From Eledone cirrhosa (taxonomy: Eukaryota), in the NCBI GenBank assembly GCA_964016885.1, contig OZ024744.1, positions 30,318,001 to 30,382,000 of the forward strand: a stretch of DNA of 64,000 nucleotides, in the 5' to 3' direction. The translations under genes and the position numbers were made by a program. Below the pieces are notes generated by a model. That model did no database searches. It was not told the origin of the DNA and saw only the letters and a list, made by a program, of their open reading frames with translations. Each line of letters starts with the position of its first letter. Position 1 is the first letter of the stretch. Shown here piece by piece: positions 11,936 to 22,800 of this stretch.

Positions 11936-12314
11936 GAGTTACGAAGCTAATAGCTCACCATACGCCAAACTGTCTCTAGCGACGTACTTACTATAAAGAA
12001 ACAAAGTTTTCTTCACAGAATGCCCGCAAAACCTATCCAATAGCCCCCCTCCTCTCACAATACACAGTCAGCAGCCTAAGGGTCAATAGTTGAAATATCA
12101 AGTCCCCAGTCCAGCCCAGGTTATAAGTTCATTAGCTACATTGTTTTGTTTGTTGGTTAGCTACTTATATTTTTACTCTTTGGCTAGAGTGACATTTATA
12201 CACATACATGTAAATATACTTACATATATATACATACCTACATATATACAGACATACATATATGATACATACACATATATATACATATATATATATATTT
12301 ACATACATGCATAC

Positions 12315-13720
12315 ATGGTGGCTGCCAACTCGTTTTCGAGTGCGGCCACTACTTTATATCCATGTAGGAGAAACCCTACCGATGCGCTGAACGAGTGTGA
12401 CTTTTTAGTCCAGCCAGCGACTTGAAAACTCTGGTACAAACACATGCATACATACATACATATATATATACAGGCAAATGTATCTACATAGATACATACA
12501 TGCGTATATACATACATACGTACATGGTGGCTGCCAACTCGTTTTCGAGTCCGGCCACTACTTTATATCCATGTAGGAGAACCCCTACCGATGCGCTGAA
12601 CGAGTGTGACTTTTTAGTCCAGCCAGTGACTTGAAAACTCTGGTACAAACACTACACTTGTGACAATTATTGACACACAGTGCTGGGCCCATGGTACCAT
12701 GTGACGACAAGTGCAGAGAGATCTCCAGATATAAAGCAATGCCTGTGCCGTGAAGCTTTTATAGTGAGCAAAGGCACTGCACAAAGCCAGTCCCACTCTC
12801 TTAACCAAGATGATATTTACCAAAAAGAAGAACAAGTGAACATCATTGGATACCATCAGAGTTGCAGGTGTTAAATCAGAGTTTTCCTTCTCCTAGAATT
12901 CTGCCTTGACAAAGGCTAAGGGGTCATCTCTCCCGCTGATTTTGGATGGCCATTGACCATTATTAGCTCCTTTGCCCTTTGAGAGGTTTTGTTTTTAGTC
13001 CTGCAGGATGTCCAAAGTCACCCTCCTCACCAAGAAACCTTGGTGGGGTTGTCAGTTTAGTCGCCAACGACCCGACCATGAGACAGGTTGTACTGGGATA
13101 CATGTTACCAGTAGCACCAACTGGTGACCTGACATAATATATATATATATACATACATGCATACATGCATACATATATATATACAGGCAAATGTATGTAC
13201 ATAGATACATACATACGTATGTACATACATACGTACATGGTGGCTGCCAACTCGTTTGCGAGTACGGCCACTACTTTATATCCATGTAGGAGAACCCCTA
13301 CCGATGCGTTGAACGAGTGTGACTTTTTAGTCCAGCCAGCCACTTGAAAACTCTGGTACAAACACTACACTTGTGACAATTATTGACACATAGTGCTGGG
13401 CCCATGGTACCATGTGACGACAAGCGCAGATTGACAAAGTCTAAGGGGTCGTCTCTCCCGCTGATTTTGGATGGCCATTGACTCTTAAGAGCTCCTTTTC
13501 CCTTTGACAGGTTTTGTTTTTAGTCCTGCAGGATGTCCAAAGTCACCCTCCTCACCAAGAAACCTTGGTGGGTTTGCCAGTTTAGTTGCCAACGACCCGA
13601 CCATGAGACAGGTTGTACTGGGATACATGTTACCAGTAGCACCAACTGGTGACCTGACATATATACATACATATATACATATATATATATACATACACAC
13701 ATACACATACATACATATAC

Positions 13721-13754
<34 letters not shown>

Positions 13755-14680
13755 ATACACATATATACATACATACATACATATACATATATATACATGC
13801 ATACATATATATATATACATACATATATATACACACATATGGTGGCTGCCAACTCGTTTTCGAGTACGGCCACTACTTTATATCCATGTAGGAGAACCCC
13901 TACCGGTGCGCTGTACGAGTGTGACTTTTTAGTCCAGCCAGCGACTTGAAAACCCAGGTACAAACACTACACCTGTGACAATTATTGACACATAGTGCTG
14001 GGCCCATGGTACCATGTGATGACAAGTGCAGAGAGATCTCCAGATATAAAGCAATGCCTGTGCCGTGAAGCTTTTATAGTGAGCAAAGGCACTGCACAAA
14101 GCCAGTCCCACTCTCTTAACCAAGATGATATTTACCAAAAAGAAGAACAAGTCAACATCATTGGATACCATCAGGGTTGCAGGTGTTATATCAGAGTTTT
14201 CCTTCTCCTAGAATTCTGCCTTGACAAAGGCTAAGGGGTCATCTCTCCCGGTGATTTTGGATGGCCATTGACTCTTAAGAGCTCCTTTGCTCTTTGACAG
14301 GTTTTGTTTTTATTTCTGCAGGATGTCCAAAGTCACCCTCCTCACCAAGAAACCTTGGTGGGGTTGTCAGTTTAGTCGCCAACGACCCGACAATGAGATA
14401 GGTTGTACTGGGATACATGTTACCAGTAGCACCAACTGGTGACCTGACATACACACATATACATACATACATATATATATACACACATATACACACATAC
14501 ATACATACATATATACATACATATATACACATATATACATATATATATATACATACATATATACACACATATATACACATACATATATATAGAACAAGTC
14601 AACATCATTTGATACCATCAGAGTTGCAGGTGTTATATCAGAGTTTTCCTTCTCCTAGAATTCTACCTTGACAAAGGCTA
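12315..14680 (-). mobile_element. tandem array of a ~610-bp non-autonomous, probably RTE-derived, unit separated by TACA/TA microsatellite
   Basis: Copies at 12315-12443 (partial), 12524-13134, 13237-13659 (internal deletion), 13839-14449 and 14591-14680 (partial). The minus strand has ctaggagaaggaaaactctga, which I recognise from RTE 5'UTRs, and ends in a hairpin plus (ATGT)n. Confidence 0.65.
13050..13134 (-). ncRNA. HDV-like ribozyme relic (also at 13575-13659 and 14365-14449)
   Basis: Minus-strand order: P2 tgtcag, P3/L3 tca-ccagt-tgg, P1' tgctact, gg, P4 taac...gttg, J4/2 ctaa, P2' ctgaca. The P1 5' strand is absent. Confidence 0.45.
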
Positions 14681-14710
14681 TACATACATACAAACATACA
14701 TACAGACAGA

Positions 14711-14865
14711 CTAATGACGAGGAGTTTGCATATCCAGTATCCAGAACCTTCAAAATTTGCAAAACATTCTTCAGATTCAAGGGATGACAATTTATTTTCT
14801 TTTACAACCTTGCCACAAGGAAGGTGGCCAGTCAAAATTGCACTCGAAATTAAGAGAAATAGAAA
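14711..14865 (+). mobile_element. short internally deleted 3' end of the same R4/Dong family
   Basis: Matches the reverse complement of 5409-5441 joined to that of 5129-5268. Embedded in (TACA)/(GACA)n on both sides. Confidence 0.75.
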
Positions 14866-15309
14866 CATACATACATACAGACAGACAGACATACCCCCAT
14901 ACATACATAAATGTATGTATATGCCTTTATTAAATGCATACTTACATACAAATATATACACACACATAAATACATACATATAGATACATTCGCACGTGTC
15001 GACATGACACTTACAAGCCATTTGTGGAACTGTAAAAGTCAACAAAACATGCCCGAAATTTACTTCGCATGTACATGTGTGTGTGTGGGAGCTGGACCTC
15101 CGTCAATTTCAATGAAGACTGTTCCAATTGTTTAATCAATGGAAACAGCCTGATACTGGATTTTACGTTTAGCAAATGTACTCTTAACGTAAATTGTCAG
15201 GGAGATTCAGCGTGACACATTGTAAGACGATATTGGTTCACTGAATTACTAGATGTTTTGATCAGTATAAAAGCGAATACAATGTAAAACCGGCCCAGGT
15301 GACACTGAC

Positions 15310-15935
15310 TTACAAGCAGTTGACTGTTGAGGACCAGAGGTGTGTTTCACTGCTCAACTAAAGTGACTCTAACAGACAGCTGACTGTTGAGGGCCAGAGG
15401 TGTGTTTTCACTGCTCAGTTAAAGTGACACTAACAGACAGCTGACTGTTGAGGGCCAGAGGTGTGTTTCGCTGCTCAACTAAAGTGACTCTAACAGACAG
15501 CTGACTGTTGAGGGCCAGAGGTGTGTTTTCACTGCTCAGTTAAAGTGACACTAACAGACAGCTGACTGTTGAGGGCCAGAGGTGTGTTTCACTGCTCAAC
15601 TAAAGTGACTCTATCAGACAGCTGACTGTTGAGGGCCAGAGGTGTGTTTTCACTGCTCAGTTAAAGTGACACTAACAGACAGCTGACTGTTGAGGGCCAG
15701 AGGTGTGTTTCACTGCTCAACTAAAGTGACTCTATCAGACAGCTGACTGTTGAGGGCCAGAGGTGTGTTTTCACTGCTCAGTTAAAGTGACACTAACAGA
15801 CAGCTGACTGTTGAGGGCCAGAGGTGTGTTTCACTGCTCAACTAAAGTGACTCTATCAGACAGCTGACTGTTGAGGGCCAGAGGTGTGTTTTCACTGCTC
15901 AGTTAAAGTGACACTATCAGACAGCTGACTGTTGA
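15310..15935. repeat. minisatellite, about 10.5 copies, strictly alternating 60/61-bp units (121-bp dimer)
   Basis: gactgttga recurs at 15322, 15382, 15443, 15503, 15564, 15624, 15685, 15745, 15806, 15866 and 15927. Confidence 0.95.
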
Positions 15936-16000
15936 CATCCGTATTTCGTTTCCACAACAACGCTATGATATAATTTCTTCTGACTGTAATAACGACTTTT

Positions 16001-16638
16001 GCTAAAAAGCGCAAAATTGACCAAGAATGTCGTGTATTTCAAGAAGATTGGCTACACAAGTATTCCTTTACCATTGCCGAGAATAACGCGGTATGTTTGC
16101 TGTGTCAGGAGACAATCTCTGTGTTCAAAGAGTACAATTTAAAGCGACATCACCAAACAAAACACAAGGCTTTTGGTCTCAAAATATCCGATGAAGAACG
16201 GAGGATAAAGGCAATGGATTTCGTGACAAAACTAAACAAGCAGAAAACTATGTTTACAAAACTATCGTCACATCATGAAAGTGTTGTAGGAGCAAGTTTT
16301 ATTGTCGCATACAATCTTGTAATAAACAACAAACCATTCTCGGATGGAGAGTTTCTAAAACATTGCATGATGTATTGCGCAAGCGTTGTGTGCCCTGAAG
16401 TGAAAGGTAAATTTGAAAGCATTTCATTATCAAGACGGACGATTGTATGACGCATTGATGTAATAAGTAACGATTCGACTCGTGGTACTCCTTTCACTAG
16501 AGCCCATGAAAAGCACAATAGGTCAGGATTTGTTTGAATGTGTGGTCAATTTTGTTAATAAAAATGCTTTATCATGGGATAAATTGGTAAGCGTGGCAAC
16601 AGACGGGGCCCAAGCATTTACAGGGAAAATGTGGGCAT
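16001..16638 (+). pseudogene. second hAT transposase (SPIN/GTF2IRD2/EPM2AIP1-like), truncated pseudogene
   Basis: AKKRKIDQECRVFQEDW..VCLLCQETISVFKEYNLKRHHQTKH (BED finger), KPFSDGEFLK, ISLSRRTIV*. After a deletion, GQDLF..WDKLVSVATDGA. Confidence 0.85.
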
Positions 16639-16742
16639 GGGGATCAAAAAGTTGAATTTTTTATGTGCACTCCCTGAAACATAAGTAATACACATGTAAA
16701 GTTTGAAAAAGTCGGTTGGGTACTTCTCGAGTTTTAGGGATT

Positions 16743-16829
<87 letters not shown>

Positions 16830-17122
16830 CCTCAGGGAAGTGACGTAAGGCAGACAGTCAGACATACAGACATATATTATAAGGGCGCGACATTATATGT
16901 ATGTATCTATCTAAAAAGAGAAAGACTAAGAATTACAGAGAGAGATCGCTAAATCGCCTAATGCGGTCCCTAGGATATTGAAAATTTGAAATTTTTTTAG
17001 CTAAGAACACTGCCTGAAATATAAGCATTATGTTTGAAAACAGTCGGTTGGGTGCTTCTTGAGTTTTAGGGATTCAAACTCACACACACACAGACAGACA
17101 TCCTCAGTTTTATATATATAGA
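16639..17122 (-). mobile_element. non-autonomous Helitron-like element, 5' part, with internal duplication and (CA)n
   Basis: Minus strand starts TCtatatatataaaactgaggatgtctgtctg. 16840-16995 is homologous to the reverse complement of 18205-18490, and 16700-16835 resembles 17032-17107. Confidence 0.6.
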
Positions 17123-18038
17123 CTAGCAGAAAACCACCCGGTGGGTGATTTTCTGTTAGCAAATCTAGTGTATATACTGATATTGTTGAGATTTGGATGA
17201 GAAATGTTTTCGGAACCACATGTTCACCGTCTCTCGGTGTGTCTTTTATGCATGTATAAATATACATGTTATCTATACGGTGAAATCTTTGAAATAAATA
17301 TATGTTAAAACGAAAAAGGAGAAAATAAATAACTGGAGGTTAGAAAAAAATATTTCTATGAAATTTTAATCAAACCATTAGGTGTGAATAAGGAAATGTT
17401 TTTTTATTGTCAAAACCAATGTTCAAAAGTTAAACTTCAATTTTTTGAATTATTTCCAATTTTTCATGAAATTGAACACTGGACATTGGCTGCTGGAAAT
17501 GGAAATTAAATCGTATTTAATTGTATTTAAATTTCTAACCTTATTATTTATATTTATATTTTTTCAATAAGAAATAAAAAAAAACAACAAAAAAAATTGA
17601 AGAAAAAAATTGAACAAATCAAACGTTGGTTATGGAACTGCGCAATCTGATTAATAAATTACCTCATCAGCAGCAACCTTCTTCAAATGGTCCTTATTAT
17701 CAGCAGCAACAACCACAAATTCAATGGCAACCTTCTTCGCATGGTGTCAAGTCAGAACCGCCTCGAACTGGTTTCTTCTGGCTTGTGCAAGGTGTCTCTA
17801 TAGCAACCAGCGATTCCCTCGGCCTCAATGACCAAAGTCAGTGGAGAGGGGAAAGTAATATTTCTGTAGCACGTGTTTTAGCGTCTATTCACTCTCTCTC
17901 TCTCTCCCTCTCTCCCTCCCGCTATCCCCCTCTCGTAGTCTGTCTCTTTCTTTCACTCTCACTCTCTCTCTACGCACGTGTTTCCACTGTCGGACAGACA
18001 GACAGAGAAATTGCTGGTTGGTTATATATATAAGTAGA
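17123..18038 (-). mobile_element. non-autonomous Helitron-like element
   Basis: Minus-strand A|TCtacttatatatataa start at 18038 followed by (TCTG)n. Ends in CTAG (17126-17123) preceded by a GC-containing hairpin. Confidence 0.5.
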
Positions 18039-18318
18039 TAATGATGCAGTTTATATATTTTATCTATATTACTAAAACAGAGAATGTCTGTTTGATTGTC
18101 AGTCTGTACAATCACTAAAACTCGAGAACCACCCAACCCATTGTTTTCAAATTTTACACATGTAATACTTATGGTTCTATTGACTTTACTGAGCAAAAAA
18201 AAATTCAAATTTTCAATGCCCTAGGGACCGCATTAGGCGATTTAGCGATCTCTTTCTCTCTCTCTTAGTCTTTCTCTTTTTAGATAGATACATAGATATG
18301 ACGTTGCACCTTTATAAT

Positions 18319-18444
18319 TGTTACTACTTTAGCTACAAGGCCAGCAATTACCCAGTGCATTACTGGTACTTTATTTTATCGACCCCGTAAGGATGAAAGA
18401 CAAAGTCAACCTCGGCGGGATTTGAACTCAGATCGTAAAGGGAC
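18319..18444 (-). mobile_element. 5'-truncated tRNA-derived SINE with 13-bp TSD
   Basis: gcacctttataat at 18306-18318 and 18445-18457. The homologous empty site is seen at about 16875-16890. Confidence 0.85.
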
Positions 18445-18498
18445 GCACCTTTATAATATCTGTTTGTATGCCTGTCTGTCTGCAATACGTTATTATGA

Positions 18499-18682
18499 GG
18501 CGGTGGATTGGCAGTATCGGTAGAGGGTCGGACGCCATGCTTTCCAGCATAGTTACGTCCCTTTACGATCTGAGTTCAACTCCCGCCGAGGTTGACTTTG
18601 CCTTTCATCCTTACGGGGTCGATAAAATAAAGTACCAGTAATGCACTGGGTAATTGCTGGCCTTGTGCCTAAAGTAGAAACA
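18499..18682 (+). mobile_element. full-length tRNA-derived SINE with 10-bp TSD
   Basis: A-box-like tggcagtatcggt and B-box-like gagttcaactccc. gttattatga at 18489-18498 and 18683-18692. Confidence 0.85.
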
Positions 18683-19297
18683 GTTATTATGACGCGGTGT
18701 GTGTGTGTATGTATATATAGTGAGTGTATATATACATTAGTGTGTAACGTTTTTTGAAATATTTACTTCTGTGTTCACAGATTTATTATTTTAGTTTCAG
18801 AAAATCCCGTTAAGGGTGAAAGCAGCGATTCTTTGCTTAAACTTTAATCTGATATTTTAATATATAATTATATATACGTGTAGATATTTTGCATACACAT
18901 ATAAACAAAAGTATTTATTTCGCGATAAAGTATTGATTTTCTTCGAACGGAAAAAACCCTGGTGATGTACGACGAACTTTTTTTATAAGCACAAAATGTA
19001 GACACCACCCCGAGGCCGAGGTATTCCGTACTTCTCTGTACTGTTATTTATATATTCGTGTACAGATATTTTTGCATACAAAATAAAAAAATATAAACAA
19101 GCGTATTTACTTCACGAGGTTCGAGAATGATAATAATATATCAAATATATAAGAACCCTAGAGCAAATCCCGAGCAACGCCGGACCATTCTGCTAGTATT
19201 TTCTAAATACTAAGTAAGGTTACTGGTACACTATATCCAATAATAAGTGGTGTTGCCCTCTGGTGTTCATGACCCAGTCAATATGACCCCATATCAG

Positions 19298-19316
19298 AAA
19301 GGTTTGTCCATCCCTG
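19298..19316. mobile_element. hAT/Buster-like right terminus
   Basis: aaaggtttgtccatccctg (reverse complement cagggatggacaaacc) followed by atctaacc (nnnTAnnn). Confidence 0.45.
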
Positions 19317-19620
19317 ATCTAACCAATACATTAATCAGAATGTTCAAGTTTTAGTCACACTGGTTGTTCATATCTATATATAAATGTGACTGACTTCCGT
19401 CCTTCTGTCACACACTAGAGATGACTGAGGAAGGAAGGGGCGATGACGTCACACACTGGAGATGATTGGGGAGGAAGGGGTGATGACAAACTACAGAAAA
19501 CAGCGTCTAACATACACTACACTTGTGTGTGACATCTGTATACACATACTCGCAGACACACACACACACACACGTAAGGGCCAGCATGTTAAAAATATTC
19601 TAGTTTTTTTAATTTCTTCT

Positions 19621-19850
19621 TATAAATTTTAATCATTTTAGCAGTGGAGACTTCTGGTGTCCTTAGCCCTAGACCACCTCCCTACTCACCACCATCAGTT
19701 TCTGGTGTCCTTGGCCCTTGGACCACCTCCCTACTCAGCAAAATCGGCACAGAGTTGGCTACTCGCAGGTGTGAGCCTCACGTGCTGGAAAGGCTCTTCC
19801 AGTGCAACTTCCTCACCATCCTTCGGCAAAACGCCTTCTCTATTCTGTTT
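19621..19850 (+). mobile_element. C-terminal fragment of a CRE-like RLE non-LTR retrotransposon
   Basis: LAVETSGVL(G)P..LLSKIGTELA..CEP...LFQ..LTILRQNAFSIL resembles the CRE-clade ending (AVETLGxWG...LFQRISLAIQRGNAxSIL). Contains a ~47-bp tandem duplication. Confidence 0.65.
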
Positions 19851-19899
19851 TCCAAAGCCACAGGGTGGCCAACGCGTGGGCCCCCATTTGCTTATAATA

Positions 19900-22800
19900 G
19901 TGAGAGATAGGGAGAGAGTGGGAGAGACGGAGGCATTGACAGTGGGAGGTTGATTCCTCTGTGTTTGGACCTGGTGTATATGAGAGATAGGGAGAGAGTG
20001 AGAGAGACGGAGGCAGTGACAGTGGGAGGTTGGTTCCTCTGTGTTTGGACCTGGTGTATATGAGAGATAGGGAGAGAGTGGGAGAGATGGAGGCAGGGAC
20101 AGTGGGAGGTTGGTTCCTCTGTGTTTGGACCTGGTGTATATGAGAGATAGGGAGAGTGGGAGAGAGCGAGGCAGTGACAGTGGGAGGTTGGTTCCTCTGT
20201 GTTTGGACCTGGTGTATATGAGAGATAGGGAGAGAGTGGGAGAGACGGAGGCAGTGACAGTGGGGGGTTGGTTCCTCTGTGTTTGGACCTGGTGTATATG
20301 AGAAATAGGGAGAGAGAGAGATGGAGGCAGTGACAGTGGGAGGTTGGTTCCTCTGTGTTTAGACCTGGTGTATATGAGTGATAGGGAGAGTGGGAGAGAG
20401 ACGGAGGCAGTGACAGTGGGAGGTTGGTTCCTCTGTGTTTAGACCTGGTGTATATGAGAAATAGGGAGAGAGTGGGAGAGACATAGGCAGTGACAGTGGG
20501 AGGTTGGTTCCTCTGTGTTTAGACCTGGTGTATATGAGAGATAGGGAGAGTGAGAGAGATGGAGGCAGTGACAGTGGGAGGGTGGTTGCTCTGTGTTTGG
20601 ACCTGGTGTATATGAGAGAGAGGGAGAGAGTGGGAGAGACGGAGGCAGTGACAGTGGGAGGTTGGTTCCTCTGTGTTTGTACCTGGTGTATATGAGAGAT
20701 AGGGAGAGTGAGAGAGATGGAGGCAGTGACAGTGGGAGGTTGGTTGCTCTGTGATTGGACCTGGTGTATATGAGAGAGAGGGAGAGAGTGGGAGAGACGG
20801 AGGCAGTGACAGTGGCAGGTTGGTTCCTCTGTGTTTGGACCTGGTGTATATGAGAGATAGGGAGAGAGTGGGAGAGACGGAGGCAGTGACAATGGGAGGT
20901 TGGTTCCTCTGTGTTTGGACCTGGTGTATATGAGAGATAGGGAGAGAGTGGGAGAGATAGAGGCAGTGACAATGGGAGGTTGGTTCCTCTGTGTTTGGAC
21001 CTGGTGTATATGGGAGATACGGAGAGAGTGGGAGAGACGTAGGCAGTGACAGTGGGAGGTTGGTTCCTCTGTGTTTAGACCTGGTGTATATGAGAGATAG
21101 GGAGAGAGTGGGAGAGACGTAGGCAGTGACAGTGGGAGGTTGGTTCTTCTGTGTTTGGACCTGGTGTATATGAGAGATAGGGAGAGAGTGGGTGAGATGG
21201 AGGCAGTGGGAGGTGGGTTCCTCTGTGTTTGGACCTGGTGTATATGAGAGATAGGGAGAGTGGCAGAAATGGAGGCAGTGACAGTGGGAGGTTGGTTCCT
21301 CTGTGTTTAGACCTGGTGTATATGAGAGATAGGGACAGTGACAGAGATGGAGGCAGTGACAGTGGGAGGTTGGTTCCTCTGTGTTTGGACATGGTGTATA
21401 TGAGAGATAGGGAGAGAGTGGGAGAGATGGAGACAGTGGGAGGTGGGTTCCTCTGTGTTTGGACCTGGTGTATATTAGAGATAGGGAGAGAGTGAGAGAG
21501 ACGGAGGCAATGACAGTGGGAGGTTGGTTCCTCTGTGTTTAGACCTGCTGTATATTAGAGATAGGGAGAGAGTGAGAGAGACGGAGGCAATGACAGTGGG
21601 AGGTTGGTTCCTCTGTGTTTGTACCTGGTGTACATGAGAGATAGGGAGAGAGTGGGAGAGACGGAGGCAGTGACAGTGGGAGGTTGGTTCCTCTGTGTTT
21701 AGACCTGGTGTATATGAGAAATAGGGAGAGTGGGAGAGATGGAGACAGTGACAGTGGGAGGTTGGTTCCTCTGTGTTTGGACCTGGTGTATATGAGAGAT
21801 AGGGAGAGAGTGAGATAGACGGAGGCAGTGACAGTGGGAGGTTGGTTCCACTGTGTTTGGACCTGGTGTATATGAGAGATAAGGAGAGTGGGAGAGATGG
21901 AGTCAGTGACAGTGGGAGGTTGGTTCCTCCGTGTTTGGACCTGGTGTATATGAGAGATAGGGAGAGAGTGGGAGAGACGGAGGTAGTGACAGTGGGAGGT
22001 TGGTTCCACTGTGTTTGGACCTGGTGTATATGAGAGATAGGGAGAGAGTGGGAGAGACGGAGGCAGTGACAGTGGGAGGTTGGTTCCTCTGTGTTTGGAC
22101 CTGGTGTATATGAGAGATAAGGAGAGTGGGAGAGATGGAGGCAGTGGGAGGTGGGTTCCTCTGTGTTTGGACCTGGTGTATATTAGAGATAGGGAGAGAG
22201 TGAGAGAGACGGAGACAGTGACAGTGGGAGGTTGGTTCCTCTGTGTTTAGACCTGGTGTATATGAGAGAGAGGGAGAGAGTGGGAGAGACGGAGGCAGTG
22301 ACAGTGGGAGGTTGGTTCCTCTGTGTTTGGACCTGGTGTATATGAGAGATAGGGAGAGTGAGAGAGATGGAGGCAGTGACAGTGGGAGGTTGATTCCTCT
22401 GTGTTTGGACCTGGTGTACATGAGAGATAGGGAGAGAGTGGGAGAGACGGAGGCAGTGACAGTGGGAGGTTGGTTCCTCTGTGTTTAGACCTGGTGTATA
22501 TGAGAAATAGGGAGAGTGGCAGAGATGGAGGCAGTGACAGTGGGAGATTGGTTCCTCTGTGTTTAGACCTGGTGTATATGAGAGATAGGGAGAGTGGGAG
22601 AGATGGAGACAGTGACAGTGGGAGGTTGGTTCCTCTGTGTTTGGACCTGGTGTATATGAGAGATAGGGAGAGAGTGGGAGAGATGGAGGCAGTGACAATG
22701 GGAGGTTGGTTCCTCTGTGTTTGGACCTGGTGTATATGAGAGATACGGAGAGAGTGGGAGAGACGGAGGCAATGACAGTGTGAGGTTGGTTCCTCTGTAT

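Larger units (their letters stand above)
18063..19196 (+). mobile_element. non-autonomous Helitron-like element with both termini, interrupted by two SINEs
   Basis: A|TCtatattactaaaac start; 3' hairpin ccgagcaacgccgg (19170-19183) then ctgCTAG|T. Insertion between A and T with no TSD is the Helitron signature. Confidence 0.68.

Noticed and set aside
11871-11945. Functional tRNA gene
   Set aside because: A-box present, but acceptor, anticodon and T stems do not pair and the B-box is degenerate.
12385-12435. Hammerhead-like ctgaacga...gaaa in the RTE-derived unit
   Set aside because: The core has an extra base, and I could not build convincing stems I-III.
10083-14671. ORFs rich in CV, YI, HT and MYVC
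   Set aside because: Microsatellite translations.
15310-15935. CRISPR-like regular repeats with a palindromic core
   Set aside because: No unique spacers (whole units repeat), no cas genes, eukaryotic context.
17890-18005. GA/CT-rich Helitron segment as the ancestor of the 80-bp satellite
   Set aside because: Only short shared words (gacagtgg, gagagagtg), as expected from low complexity; no colinear alignment.
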